From Octopus vulgaris (taxonomy: Eukaryota), in NCBI GenBank assembly GCA_951406725.2, contig OX597832.1:33356001-33420000 (forward strand): a stretch of 64,000 bases of DNA, in the 5' to 3' direction. How positions within the stretch are numbered: the first letter of the stretch is position 1; each line of letters begins with the position of its first letter. The translations under genes were made by a program, and so were the position numbers. A model generated the notes under the pieces. The model was not told the DNA's origin and did no database searches. It saw nothing but the letters and a program-made list of their open reading frames with translations. Positions 29,711 to 45,261 of this stretch are shown piece by piece.

Positions 29711-30278
29711 CTCTACTGCTAGTCAGTTGTTTAGTTATCTAAGCAGCTAACTACTCGATCGTCTGTTTAATGTTTTGGTAAAACAATCAGTTGGTTGTCT
29801 GTTCGTTGAAATACTTTCGTTGTAATTCGTGGCCTCGTCAATAACATGCCTCCTTTCTTCAAGGTCTGCCTTGGGTCTCGAGACCTTGACTGACAATAAA
29901 GAAATGGTAATGAACCACGTATGTGTTGTTATTATTATTGGCCTAATGACCAGACATAAATTAATTTTGATGCTATCAACAACTCCCCTCTCCTCGCAGT
30001 TGCTGTTGTTTGTTATCAATTCGAAACCGTTACGTTTATTAATATTATTAATGAATGGTGAAATTTTTAGAACGTCTAACAAAGAATGTTGCCCATATTC
30101 ATTAAGTTTCTGTTCTCGGGTGCAAACCAGCATTGATCATCTTTGGTATTTATATAACTTAGATCGATAATACGGGTATAAGCACCATCTCAACAACCGA
30201 ACCGATCCAATCGTCTGTCCCCTTTCTACAAAATTGTGTGACCTTATGAGAGAGAAAACCATTGTGCTGCCACTTCTT

Positions 30279-30349
<71 letters not shown>

Positions 30350-31675
30350 TTGTTGCTACTTCTGCACTACTATTACTACTTCAAGTGTTCTATCTTCAAT
30401 GCGATGAGTCGACTGCAGGCAGTTGGACAAAACATGCAGAGTTTTGGCTGAACACTTTAGTTCCCAAGTGTAATATTTATAGGTATTGATATTAGATTCC
30501 ATCAATTCCAGATCAATATACAGCATCGAAATGCTGGGATTAGTTCAACAAAATATCTTCTACCCTTATGAATGACACGCTTTTAATTAGTATTAATCCC
30601 AAAGTTAATGTAAGTCTAACCAAATTTATTATAAGCATATAATGTTATTGAAAAATAAGGTCAAGTACACAATATGGAATCAATCCTAATGTGTCCATCT
30701 TCTGCTGCTGCTGCTGCTGCTGTTATGGTGGGTTTGTTACTGTGGAGGTTGGTGCAGATTTCTCTTTGCGTTTTTGCTATGGTCCGCATATATCTTTAGA
30801 GTTATTCAGATCAATAGATCTAATGAATATACGCTTCTGTAGTGTGATATAAGGAAGAATTGGTTGCAATTTCCATCCGATAGAATGACACTGGTGAGGC
30901 CTTTTTCTTGACTTCCTGACTATATGAATATGTTAAACGTTGAGGACAGGCGATGAGAAGTATTTTTATTGAGATTATGCAGTTTAAAGAAGTGGCATAA
31001 TCGATAAAAAGGATATTTTCATAAAGGATGACTTGTCTACAGATACAAAGTGCTTAATCCAAAGTGCTGAGCACTTGCATATCACATTTTGGATGAAGTA
31101 CCGGTCTTGATAATTGAACCAAGGAACTGTTAAATCGCAAATTGATCAACTACCGATTGGTTGATCAACACACTATAGCTGTATTTACTATGGTACATTA
31201 AACCTCCTAATTTATTGTTATTGTTGTTGATTCAGATGGAGTTTAGTCCCAGGTGACCCGGATCAAACTGACCAATGAAGGAAGGCGCTTCACGCTTGCC
31301 TATCTTGTTTCTGTTTTATCATTTTAGAAAACAAAATATGTTCGACTACGATGTCCAATGCGACATTTTAAAATTGTGTTGAGAGATATGATTTGCAAAG
31401 GACTGAACTGTTGTGTCTAGTATTTGAAATGTCACGTATTGGCTACATTTCATTGATGAATGACTGGCCTTTAGGACCAGTAGTCCGTGTTTTTTTTACA
31501 AAACCACTGTAGCGTAAAAGATTATAAGGCCTTATAGATTATATTCTGTTTTCAGGAGAGTAAAGGGTCTACTCGAGAAAGATGGGCTCGACAACACAGG
31601 CAGAGCTGTCTACAATGAATCAGATATAACTCATATATCTTAAGGAGACTCACTGATTGATCTATAAAACAAATA

Positions 31676-31850
31676 AGGGGGCGGGTTTCCAGAATCATTA
31701 GCACGCGAGCATAATACTTTGCAGCATTTCTTCTGATTTTACGTTCCGAGATCAAATGCAGCAGAGGTCGACGTCACCACTCATCCATTCAGGGCCGAGA
31801 AAATAATCATCTGCCAATCACTGGGAGCAATCTAATCGCCTTGCCCACTC
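31676..31850 (+). mobile_element. SINE family A, decayed
   Basis: cagaatcattagcacgcg..tacgttccgagatcaaat..gaggtcgac matches family A. Confidence 0.75.
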
Positions 31851-32031
31851 TAATATCTCAAAATATATATAATCCCCCTGGAATTATACGCATACACACA
31901 CACATTCACACACAAACACACACAGACGCACATACATACAACATATGCATATCGTGATTTATGTGCGTATACAAAATTATATAAGTATATACATGTATAT
32001 CTATCTATCTATCTCTCTATACACACACACA

Positions 32032-32084
<53 letters not shown>

Positions 32085-32087
<3 letters not shown>

Positions 32088-32447
32088 TTGCCATTATGTC
32101 CAAATTTGGCCAAATCTGTATTTTTTTTTCAATATTTAATTTTGCTTGCAATAGCCGGTTCTCTTGGTCAAACTATCGTATCTCCAGCGGCTTCAGATGC
32201 CAAGATATCAAAAAGTGTGAAAGTGTAGCACAACGGTTTAGCGTTTATAAAAAGTGTAGTAAATCCCAAATAAACAGTTTTCAAAATTATTATTTCTGAC
32301 TGAAAATATGATACATGCATGGAGTTTCCACTTTATGCACCTAACAAAATATTATTGTTACGCTGAAACTGTTGCTAATGTAAAAACGAAATGGAATGGT
32401 GAAACTGTTTTTCCGTTATCTGAAAATGCAACGTTTTGGACTAGCAA

Positions 32448-32450
<3 letters not shown>
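32085..32450. mobile_element. MITE inserted in (TA)n (Tc1/mariner-type TA target)
   Basis: Imperfect TIRs tcgttgccattatgtccaaa and tttggactagcaacga, each flanked by TA. Confidence 0.7.
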
Positions 32451-32481
<31 letters not shown>

Positions 32482-33215
32482 CCATTCACACACCTGCATG
32501 TACAAGCGCCTACATTCAACCTTCTGCATATATAAATACGTCGCACTCACGCGTAGAGATATACAGAAATTACAACGTGAGAAAGTATCAACAAAATGTT
32601 GATGCTATGCAAATCACTTATTGAATATATTTATTAAGTATTTATGTTGATGTTTTTTTTTTATTCAATAAAGTGTGTCACTGCAGCCATTGCTTCAGAA
32701 AAGAATGGCGCTCTTCATTGAAGCACCACGTGATGGATGCCTCGTCGGCACAAACACGCAAATTATTATTCCTACAAATTGATTGAACATTAATAACAAA
32801 GTAATACACACGTGGCTATGTGTGTGCTTGTGAATATCTGTCTGTCTGCGTGTGGGTATGCGTGCGCGTGCGCGTGTGTATATGTTTGTATGCGTATATG
32901 CATATACACACATGTATAATATATGTATAGTGACAGAGGGGGTACAGTAGTAAAATGCAGATTTCACAGATGTCTCATAATTTTATTCCAAGTTCCTAAA
33001 CAAAAATTCGATATACATACATCCAGTATGTATGAATGTTCGTGTATGCGCGGAGGTATTCATATATATACACATATATACATATATAAATACACATATA
33101 TATATATACATATATATATATACATATATACAGACATATATATATATGTATATATATATACATGCATATATATATATATATATACACAAATATACATACA
33201 CATATACACATATAC

Positions 33216-33309
<94 letters not shown>

Positions 33310-34081
33310 CCGTACATTTATGTGTGTGTGTGGGTGTGTATGTATGTATTATTATAACACGTGGGCTCACGCACCCCCACACACATGCGTACACAAAGAC
33401 GCGCACCTTCACTCATACGCACACGCATTTATATTTATTGACCATCTTAATGAATAGAAGCGACCAATAGAATAGCTTTTGGGAAATTGATCGTTAAAAT
33501 ATCCGAAAAGACGGAAAATAATGTTTGTTTGGTTTGTTTTCTTTTTTTTGTGGTTTTTGCTTCATTTTTGTTGCTGTTGTTGTTGTTGTTAATGTCTATC
33601 TGACGTTGACGCTGACGTAGCCATTTTGATTTCCGTAGTGGAAACTTTTTTTCGCCAACCCTGTAGCAGTGTTGTAGTACAGCAGTGGTGCTATTTTGTT
33701 CTACGACTGCTACGCTTATTGTACGAGAATAAATGTTGACTTCGCAGTGAATGCTACTTGAAACACCAACCAACACTCAGCACGTTTATAAATATATTTA
33801 TTTTTTGTTAATTACAAAAATCATTATAACTGCTTTTGCTTCTGCTGTTGTCCTTGTTGGCGATGCTTTCGTGTTTCCTTATATTTTGCTTGTATTTATT
33901 ATTTGTTTTATTTTAAATTTTATTTAATGTTTGGTTGCGTGTATTTATTTATATATTCTCATTTCAATGAAACCGTTTTCAATGGTAAAAGTATGAAAAT
34001 ATGCTTTGGTGCTTCTGGTGATTTCATTCAAGCTATGTTTCTAATAAAACCGTATTGAGGACTATCAAAGACACGACTTAC

Positions 34082-34108
34082 CATCAAAAGCAGAACTGTT
34101 TTAAACAT
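34082..34108 (-). CDS. Candidate alternative first coding exon MFKTVLLLM (phase 0)
   Basis: gccATG at 34108, 9 codons, then ATG|GTAAGT. Pyrimidine-rich leader upstream. Confidence 0.3.
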
Positions 34109-34936
34109 GGCATCAAAAGAGGGGATGAAAAGAAAAGGAAGATACAACACGGGAATACAAAAACGAAAATGAGAGAGAGGGGGGGAGAAAGGGGGAGAGA
34201 GGGGGAAAGATGGGGAGAGAGGGGGAAAGAGGGGGAGAGAGAAATGTAAAAGAAGAAGCAGGAAGTCTGAATGCTTTCGCAAGGTGTTAATTATATTAAA
34301 CTAAGTAATAATATAAATAACAAATACTTTATGCAACATTAAATGAATCCACAAAGCCACAAATACTTAGAACACATGTATGGCTCTATGCAAACGCATA
34401 CGTGTCTGTGTGTATTTGTATGCCAATAATGCATATGGAGGCTTCTTTAATTGATATTTCATATGTATACATATATATATATCTATAAAAGTATATATAT
34501 GTACTTATAAATATATATATATGTATATATATATATATACAAATATACACTTACGTATATGTATATATATATATATGTGTGTGTGTGTATGTATGTATTT
34601 TTATAGGTATGTAAGTATGTATTTATTCATTTCTATGTATATGTACGCACATCTTATCTGCAAACGTTCTAAAAGCATTAAAATCATATCAATGTTTGAA
34701 TATCTGAAATTTCGCCTCTTTTTATGGCACCGATAAATGGTACTGCATTAAATTTCTATCCAATAGTTCCACCCATTTTCTTTGCCGTTTTATGCAGTTG
34801 AGAATGACTACAAGGAATTATGTACGCCTTCTATAAGCACCAATTTAATCGCTAATTCATACGTGTTCCGTTCCATCACATTTTTTCTATATTTTTGTCC
34901 TTATATTCACTTTCCTTTTCTTTAAAAATTCCTAAG

Positions 34937-34985
<49 letters not shown>

Positions 34986-35260
34986 CGTTGTATAGATTTA
35001 GTTAAAGAATTGCTGATCAATTTATTAAGTAAATTTCTGACGACTTTTATGTAGCATGTTTCTAATCCATTCCTAAATAAATATATTTTGTGTCGTTTTA
35101 CTGTTCAGTTAAAAGTGAATGGCTGGTTTATAAAAATCATTCGTTTATTGTTATAATCAAGTGCGCCGAGTAATGAGGGAGAGAGAGTTGCCATATATAT
35201 GTGGCAAATCCATTTCAAGATGTTAAATCTGAAGAAGTTAATCTACTAATAAGTGAAAGA

Positions 35261-35333
<73 letters not shown>

Positions 35334-35414
35334 TGTGTGTATATATAAATATATACATATGTAATTTTGAATGTCTGTACACTCAAATACACCTATATAC
35401 ATAAACATATATAA

Positions 35415-35590
<176 letters not shown>

Positions 35591-35622
35591 ATGTGCGTAT
35601 AAGGCAATAATAGAGAACAAAT

Positions 35623-35841
35623 TAAGGCGGCGAGCTGGCTGAAACTTTAGCAACCCGGGTGAAATATTTGGCGGTATTTCGTCTGTCTCTACCCTCTGAG
35701 TTCAAATACCGCCATGGTGGTTTTTGCATTTCATCGTTTCGGAGTCGATAAATTAAGTACCAGTTGCATACTGATGTTGATCTAAGAGACTGCCCCCTCC
35801 CCAAATATTTCGGGCCTTGTGCCTAGAGTAGAAAAGAATAT
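35623..35841 (+). mobile_element. tRNA-derived SINE family A, best-preserved full-length copy
   Basis: taaggcggcgagctggctgaaac (A-box-like), gagttcaaatacc (B-box-like), body tttcatcgtttcggagtcgataaattaagtaccag, tail gggccttgtgcctagagtagaaaagaata. Confidence 0.9.
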
Positions 35842-36254
35842 TAGATGAGAGAAATGTGGTCTATTTTGTGAATTGTCATGGATGGGAAACTCGCCCATTG
35901 CAAACCCCAATGTTTCGAAACGATTGTTAGAAAACGTACTCACTAAATGTTCTTCCTAATTCATCGTATACTTGGGTTCTTAACTTCTAACCGCTTCGTC
36001 GATTCGTAAAATGTGAATGCTTAACACCGAATGTTGTAAAGCAGGTACTTTTGTGTTTTATATGCTTTCATGGTTTGTATGCCTGTATTTGAATTGATGC
36101 TGTATATGAATATGGCTATGATGCGAAGTAACTTAATTTGATAAAGGGACTCGAAATTCTCTCCATTCTTGCCTTATATTCTTATTGCTTCTTAAGAGCG
36201 CAAATTAGTTGTGTTGTTTTTAAGGATATCATTTTTATATACTTCTCATAATTA

Positions 36255-36293
<39 letters not shown>

Positions 36294-37369
36294 GTGTGTG
36301 TGTATGTATATATATATATATATACATACATACATACACATAAACACACAAAACACACAGACACACACAAACATCTACATGAATGTCTATCGCGTAAAGA
36401 TTTGTGTACCCCATATCCATGATGGTTTAAAGTTGTTGAACAGATGATGATTTACGTATCTCGAATTTGTTTACGATGATTGTTGTTGCTGTTGCTGCTG
36501 CTTTTGCTATTTTCCCGCAATTGCCGTTGTTTTATTGTTCTTGTTAAGAACATTGATTACCGTCTTTCACTGTTATCTGAACCACGATATCTTCATCAAG
36601 GTTATTCCTCTTTAATGTGATAGCATGTAAACTTCGGGAAATTTAACTGCTGTGTTTAGCATTTACTGCGGCATCATAAAAGTTTCCTAAGTTGGTTCGA
36701 CATGGAGAATATTTTGATGGTGAAAATGTGTGTGTTTAAGTCTATGTACGTGTGTGTCTTTTTGTGTATCCATGTGTGAATGAGCAAGGCAACAACAGCA
36801 GATCTGAATAAAAAATTTCAGAACTTACTCTAACAATACTGCTTTAATTACCAGATCTAAACTCTTCCCGCCTCTAACAGAACACGATTTTGCCGAAGGC
36901 AGTTCAGAGATTGATAAAAATAGGAAATAGCTGTAAGAGACAGCAGGAACCTATGTAGTTAAACCGTACTGTGTCAAAGATGTAACGTCTTCATGTGTAA
37001 GCGATCGGAATAAGCAGACACAGCGGTCACATTAGACGGTGACATGGATGCCAGGTCGAACTGACACGCCGACCTTCCAGACATAAGCTGAGGACTTTCG
37101 AAAACAATAATTTACTCGGTCAAATTTATATATAAACATACGTGTTTATGTGTATATGTTTTTGTATGTATATACATATATATATGTGTGTGTGTGTGTA
37201 TGTGTGTGTATGTGTGTGTATGTATATGTATATATTAGAAAAATTAATTTATTCAGGGATCTGGACGTTTGTACATATACAAATATTCATTAACATGTCA
37301 TGTTTTTACAAATCACATATTTTGTTCCAAGTAGCACATACATATATACACAAACATAACAGAAGGAAA

Positions 37370-38220
37370 TCGACACCCTTATAATCATTAACATTTATTT
37401 AAATCTGAAATTATACATTCAGATTATTTATTAATTGTTGTAATGTGGATATTCAATATTTAGTAGGCATAACCTTTGCACTATTCCAATGCAAGAACAC
37501 TATTTGGCCCGTTGCTAATCACGTGACTAATATTCTCTTGAGGAGTTTCTTGTCAAGTTTCATGCTATAATCTCTTTCAAGATGCTTTCTTGTTCTTTCC
37601 ATGAAATTTTCTGTCCATTATGTCCCAGAGGTGTTCAATAGGTTTCGTATATGTAGACTGGCTTGGATATGGAAGCTTTTTAATGTAATTCTTATTCAAC
37701 AAATCTTGGGTAATTTTAGCTGTGTGAGAAGCAGCCCCATCTTCCATAAATTGTCTTCTTTAATTATTTCACCATTGGAGAAGATTGGAGAGATTCATTT
37801 CTATAATATGGTCACATATTTATCAGAGTTTATGCTTCCCTCACACTCCAACACACATTGCTCCAAAATGTTCCCCAAACCATCACAGAATAGCTGCTAT
37901 ATTCATTGTTAGCTGCAATCTTTTCACCCCAAATTCCTATCACAGAGTCTCCAGACCCACACTCGAACACTGTCAGGAAATGCAGCAAATCTGGACTCAT
38001 CAGAGAATATGACAGTGTTTGAAAATGCTAGTGGCCTTTCTGCCATTTCACTGGCCCAATCTTTTCTCTACTTGAAGTTGGCTTGTCGAATAAGTGTCTT
38101 CCTTCTTGCTGCTCTGGCATAGTAAACCAATTTTTGGAGATTCCTGACAGCTGTTGTGGGACTGACGTCAACTTGTGCTGCTATGTCAGCGGCCTTGCAA
38201 CGAAGATTATCCTCCAATAA
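37370..38220 (-). mobile_element. Decayed Tc1-like transposon (DD34E region)
   Basis: Minus-strand motifs FSDESRF, FMEDGAASHTAK and YPSQSTYTKPIEHLWD. Confidence 0.88.
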
Positions 38221-40424
38221 CGTAAGATGTTAGAACCGAAATCCAATCATGCACTCGCAAGAATTTGAATGTAGAACAAGCAAACGAATAAATAACTGAC
38301 ATTATGATGTGCGCTGTTGCTTAGACATTTCTGTCATCTTTTAAATTTATCCTTCAGCATTTCCACAATAAACTCCTCTATAAACAGACCAAAATATTTT
38401 ATTTGCAGTGACACTTGAGAACAAGAAATGTAGGCCACGCAGAGATCGCTTTGCTGTGATTGTGAAATATCTTTCTACGCATTCAACTATTTTCAGTAGT
38501 TCAAAACCAGGTTATTATGCCAAACGATTTTGACCTCGACAATCTGGAGATTCTTTTCGTGCTGGTGTCTTCCCAATAAATCCTTTCACAGACGTTTTCG
38601 GCTTTTGCATTATAGTCTGTGTTCAAACGATGCATACATTTGGATCAGCCTTCCTTGATCGCTTGTGCATTCTGTGTATCATCACACTATATAGAAACTG
38701 CAACAAACCACATAGACATAACAACTACAATTTTGTATTTTTTTCTCTGCAATTTTCCTCGACTTTTTTACCTCGACTAATGTGACTGTGATGAAGAGTA
38801 TCACATGCAATTTGGATCGGTTTAGAACACAGCCTAAACGCCTTAAATAAACAATAGATATACTTTATTATCATGAACTGCTAACATTTAAAAAAAATAG
38901 GCACTTAACCTATATTTCGGCCAAATAATTTCCTGCTCCCATCGTCAGTAGGAATAGAAGAAGTTTTCTCGAGCGATAAGATGATATTTTCCCATCTTTG
39001 TAACTGTAAAAAAAATCATGTTTTTTCTCTTCTCCCGCCTTTATGTGGCATTTTAAACATCGATTAATTGATCGAAGGTTTGTAATGCAGGCAACAAATG
39101 TATACGCTGTTTACACGTGCAAACACACACACACACATGTACATATATGAACATGTAAGTGTGTATGTAACGGTATGTTTCACTGAAATTGTTTTTTGTG
39201 TTTTCAGAAATACTTGCTTTCAGTATCTTTTCGTGGATTACAACCAATAATGTCCTGTAATTTAGCAATACTTACTATGGGACCTTTTATATAGTAAAAA
39301 AATAATGCTAGACATTATCGAAGATGTATTCTACAGTCCTGGATGATGGAAAATTCTGAAAATAAAGAAGAAAAATGTGTTGCAGGGATGATCGAAATCA
39401 GAGAAGCGTAAAGGGCACGAGTTAATGGGATCCCAGTGAACTCGACACGACATAAAAATCACTCGCACACAGACATTATAGATGTATCTATGGGAAACAT
39501 CGTGTTTCCTTCACTCTCAGCTCTCTTTCTTAGCACTTAACTCCTCAGCAGTCTTACTAACTGTTATCCTCCGCTCTCCTTATTCTATCCTCTTATCTTT
39601 TTCAAACACACGCATTAATTACCGAATTATTTCATTGAATCATTCCATCCCTGAATCTTTCTTCGTCTACACACGTCCACTACCTTATTTTTCACACACA
39701 CGCACACACACACAAGGTCATAAATACATACATACGTTCACATGTATATACGCGCACAGATCTGTCACTCATCAATTGAAAAGCTCCCTTAATAATCTTT
39801 TGTCAGCCTAAATCTCTTAGAAAAAACAAAATTGAATTAACAAAAAACGATTCCATTTTCACTCAATCACTTGTCATTCTTTAATTATTATATTTGTCTC
39901 TTTTTTATTATTTTTTTTTTTTTTTTTGCAGTTTCTGTGAATTCTGGTGTTACTATTATTGTGGTTGCTGCCTCCAAAGTTGGTGTATATTTTATTTTCT
40001 GTTTTGTTTTCCATTATTCTTTAATCTCTGTCATTTAAACTTTATAAATGAAAAATAAACAAAAATACACAAATATATGTTGAAGCGTTTTTTTTTTAAT
40101 TCCTTGACATTGGAATTCGAGAAGAAACATCGTGAAAAAAAAAACAGGAAGAAGAAAATAAAATAGATTATAGCCACAAGCAACAAGCATTCATGTTTCC
40201 ACAACAACGACAACGGCCACCACCACTAGAACAACAACAACTAAAATGTAAACAACCTCACACGTATCCGTCACATTATTAAAAAAAACAACAGCCTCTT
40301 AGATAACTATCTTTTCAATAAAAGCAACACGAGTAGTGGCAGCGTCACTCGTGACATGCATATCAACATGAAGAACAACCCAAATAACCATCATATTAAG
40401 AATAACAACAATAATGATCGCCAT

Positions 40425-41130
40425 ATCGATTTCAAATTCTGGCACATGGCCAGCAGTTTCGGAGGAGGTTTACATCGACACCTGTGCTTAACTGATACTT
40501 ATTTTATCGACCCTAAAAGGATGAAAAGCAAAGTCGATTTCGACGGACTTTGAGCTCAGAATGTAAAGACGGACGAAATGTTGGTAAGCATTTTATCCGG
40601 AATGGAAACGATTCTGCTGCCTTTAATAACGATCACCATATTAACGGCAATAAAAACAATAATGGCCACCATAAAAACAGCATATTCACCAGACTTACAG
40701 CAGTCATTTCCTGCCTAGCAGCCATATCCAGACGAAAACAGTTGTCTCACACAACAACTGCATCAACAACAAAAACAACGGCAACAGCAGAGTCTCATTT
40801 AAAGCATAAGTATTGCAAAAGATTACTTTTTAATTAAATATATGTTTGAATTACGGCTTTTTTTCGGTTTTGTCATTCTGAAGTAAACTGCGCTCATGTC
40901 TTTAGCAAAATCTTTCTTGTTAATATAGTCGCTTCCTTGTAAGACTCTTCGCGGGCAGAATCTTTAACGCGTTACGTTAAACTGCTTTGAGAATTTTCAT
41001 CTGCCTGTGTATTTTGAGTTCAAATTCTTCCGACTTTGAATTTCGTTCATTCGGGATCGATAAAAAGAAAACAACCTGAACACTGTGGTCGTTGTAATTG
41101 ACTTAATCCGTCTCCCAAAATTGCAGTTTT
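40425..41130. mobile_element. Two decayed family-A SINEs (about 40425-40625 minus; 40950-41130 plus)
   Basis: ttttatcgaccctaaaaggatgaaaagcaaagtcga and gagttcaaattcttccgactttg..tcgggatcgataaaa. Confidence 0.75.
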
Positions 41131-41689
41131 TTCTTTTTTTTTTATCCCCAAATTTAAAACCAAACTAGTTTCTGCTTAGTAATTTTTTCTTTTTCAGTAG
41201 AAACTAGATAAATGGTTTGTTGTTTTTCTACATCCTTAGTAGAATATCGCTTTTCAGTGACACAATTTTGAAAGACGAAACTTTTGACAACATAGTGTAA
41301 GTAATAAAAATGAATTTGACACTTTTGTGCGTTTCTCAGTGGCTCTGTCTTCCATGCTGCAATTGTTTTAATTCCAACAGCTCGAAACCCTTGCCATTCA
41401 AATACATCACTGCAGTTCTCCATCTTTGTCCTCCATTTCCCAATTTCTTTGTCATCATTTGACAGTAGGTCTCTCTTTAAAACATGCCCCTTTTTTCCTC
41501 TGCAAGATGCACACCATATCATAAACGTTAACCCTTTTGTGTTTTTGTTTATTTCATTCGATGCTTTTTCAGTTCAGTTAAACCTTAACTCATTATAACT
41601 GACATTGTACTTTCAACACGGACCAGTCTATTTTGGCATTTAATCCTGTTTATAGAATGATCCTGTTTATAGAATGATCCTGATTTCAG

Positions 41690-42008
41690 GGAATTTATTG
41701 CAACGTATGTGTCATCCAGGGATCTATGAGACCCCAGAAGGCCCATAGAAGAATATTTGGGTTTCACAGTAGTATTTTAAGGGTCCATGAAATATTTTGA
41801 TTTAGGTATGTTCATTGCAACGAACATCTCGGTTTCTTTCCCTAACATTTTATATAAATAAACTTACAAATGTGAGAAGCAAAATAGGAATTTTGAGAGA
41901 AGTATTTATGAAACTAGTTTTTAAATATCCCAGTGGGTACGGGGGTTTACTAGAATAAAATAGTAATCTAAGGGGTCTCTGGATAAAAAAGGCGTTTGAG
42001 AACCACAG
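41690..42008. mobile_element. Probable hAT (Charlie-like) MITE remnant
   Basis: The right end tttgagaaccacag resembles the reverse complement of the hAT-Charlie TIR cagtggttctcaa. Internal ggggtcc motifs. The left TIR is degenerate. Confidence 0.5.
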
Positions 42009-43828
42009 TTCCAGCCTACGTATACATTTCAATTTTTGTAAATGTTTCTGCTTTCGTTTCTATCTTTATTTCGCCAATTTCTTCTAAAATTTAGTGTTTC
42101 TAAAAGTTGTACAGTTTTTAATTATCTTGCGTCTAGTTCGGCATATAATTAATTGCTCCGAGATTAAAATGAAGTTGAACCGTGGTATATTGGCTTCAGC
42201 GAATCCTTTACTTTTTTCATAATCTAACTGGATTAAAAAATATACAGTGACAAAGTGAGATATAGTTCTTTGTGAATAGATTATAAAAAGGCCACTTTAT
42301 GGAAAACACGTTTTCCTTTCTGCCAAAATTTTTTAATAATGTCAAGGATAGAAAATAAATGGAATACCAAACGTGTTGGGGTTTTTTACCCAATATTTTC
42401 CCGCTAGCTATATCTACATCGAATTAAACCCTTAAAACAAATTAATTCACGTCTTCTCCAGGCTTCTAAATTCTATGACGTAAAATTTCTCTCTCTTCCT
42501 CTCTCTCACTCTTTACATACATAGGCATACATACATACATACAGACACAAACACAAACACACACACATACACACAGACACACACACACACACACACACAT
42601 ATATACACATGCCGAATTAAATTTCGAATCAAAAGCATCTGTATATATTAACAGCATCGGTCGCACATACACAGTGTATGTGTTTTGTTTATGCTCCAAT
42701 TTGCTGTGCAACAGTGATTTGGAAAATCTCCCGACACGACGCCGGGTGTTAAAGAATATTGAATGCCTCTGGCCAGTAGAGAACCACTCACCGCGTTGTG
42801 AGCAGGAATGATAGATATGGATGTTCCGCTATTATTGCACCTCAAAGAGAGTGAGTGAGTGAGAGAGAGAGGGAGAGCGAGTGCATATAGATTTGAGTAC
42901 AAATACCGACGATGACTAGTGTTCCTTCAGGGTCAATAGAAGTAGTACCAGTCATGTACTGGTGGCGCCTGGTATCGACTTACTCCCTCCCCACTACACA
43001 ATTCAGGCTCACAACTTATATTTACCCTGCAACACAATTTCTTTTCCTCAACAGGATCTGCTCTATTTAACAATATTCGAGAACAAATCAAAGAAGAAAA
43101 AGATTCCATCAACGTCAAGCAATCCATCAGCAAATTTCTTGAAGGGAGAACAGACAAGCCCTTTTTACCTGAACACATCTCAGTCACTAACAACACCTTA
43201 TTTCAATGCGTCACAAGACTTGACTTTAAAATAACAGACTCGATCAAGGACTGCTATTAGTCATGGCCTGAGTTAATCTTTGTCTGAAGCAGATTTAAGT
43301 TATCGGACAAGCACTGGATTCAATGAGATTGATTTGAACCCCAACCCACGTCATTCAAAATTGCTAACGTTAGACCGAAATTTGAAACCATTATACACAA
43401 TGTCCACTTTGCCTTTCATTCTTTCGGGATCGATAAATCAAATACCAGTTGAGCACTGGGTTCGATTTAATCGACTTTTACGCTCCCGCGAAATTACTGG
43501 CCTTGTGTCAAAAATGGAAACCGTTATTACCCGTTGTATTATTTATTCATGTATTTATTGATTTATTTTAGTTATATTGGTTTTATAGTTATGATGATCA
43601 TAACAGTGAGATACGGATTATCATAATCATCATAGGCGCGTTAATTTAGTTACGGATAAAGAAAATATAATGAGTTTTGTTTGATTCGATAATGTCCATT
43701 TACTAGGCACTAATTCAACATAAACGCGATAATATTTCCCACATTATATCCTTGCTTCCAACAATATGGATTTTTTTTTCTCTAAAATAACATTAAGGAC
43801 ATCTATAATAATAATAATAATAATAATG

Positions 43829-43883
<55 letters not shown>

Positions 43884-43900
43884 TGATGATGATGATGATG

Positions 43901-43961
<61 letters not shown>

Positions 43962-45205
43962 AATTACGTGGAGTTATGGTGACATATGAGATTTAGTAAA
44001 GAACAACAACCAAAAAAGCCTTCAGTGCAAGACAATTACATAGCAACAAGAACTCAAATGCCTAATAGAATTTTAGTACAAGAGCAATTTTTTTTCAAAC
44101 AGGCGCAAATGGCTGCCAGATTTTAAATCCATCATTGTTAATATTTAATTTTTAACAGTTTCAATACAGATTTCGTTCTGTGTATTTTTACGGGAATTTA
44201 TGGAATTTTTCTTGGTTTTCTTTCGTTGTATTTTTTTGAAAAAATATTACAAATTGAAAATCTTAACAATGTTAGGAAAACAGAATTAAGAGGGGTTTTT
44301 TTGTTATATATTTTCTCTTGGTTTGCTCTCTTCGCTTTTATATTTTTAATCTCATAATATTTTTTTAACAAATCCTTAAACGTTAATTTTACTGCGCACG
44401 TTCTCTCTTTTATCTTCATAAAAATCTGGAAGGATGTTAGATGACAAAAAGTCACTTCTGTGTAAAGAGGATAAGAGATGGACGTCGTTGCCATCTTTGT
44501 GGGTTGCTGTTGTGGCAGTGGTGGTGGTGGTGGTGGTGGTGATGGTGGTGGTGATGGTATTATTGGAACATTTGCTGATGATGACAATCGTTACTGTTGC
44601 TGTTGTTGTTGCTGTTGTTATGGTGGTGGTGGTGGTGATGGAGGTGTTGTTATTGTGGCGTTTATTGTCATTCAAGCTGTTGTAGCTCAGGTTGATCAGT
44701 TTTTTTTCTTCATTTTATTGTTGCTATTAACTCGTTTGTCAGATTAGGAGTGCGAGAGTGTGTGTGTGTGTGTGTGTGTTTGTGTTTGTGTGCGTGTATT
44801 TAAGAGGGGGGAGAGACGGAGAGAATGACAGAGAGAGGTGGAGGATGGGTAGGGGGAAATTGAAAAGTTGGGAAATAAGAATGGTGTTTGTGTTCGTGTT
44901 TAGAAAGCGAGAAAAGCGTTGGATTTAATAAAGAAATACAGAGAGAGAGAAAAAGAGAATGCTGAAGATTTGAAAAAAAGACATGGAGAGAGACGGGAAA
45001 AGAAATGAAAGTTCGACTACAAAACAGAGAGAGAGAGAGAGAAAGAGAGAGAGGTATATTGTGATTACATTTCCTATATGATACAGTATTTTATTTTAAG
45101 ACGTTTCCTTCCGCTCTCTCTTTCTCTGTATATATACGTATATGTGTAATTAAACATGTGTGTATATGTATGTATATACATACGCATATACATACATGCA
45201 CACAG

Positions 45206-45261
<56 letters not shown>

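Noticed and set aside
35623-35715. tRNA gene
   Set aside because: A/B-box-like motifs are present, but no cloverleaf or poly-T terminator; it is a SINE head.
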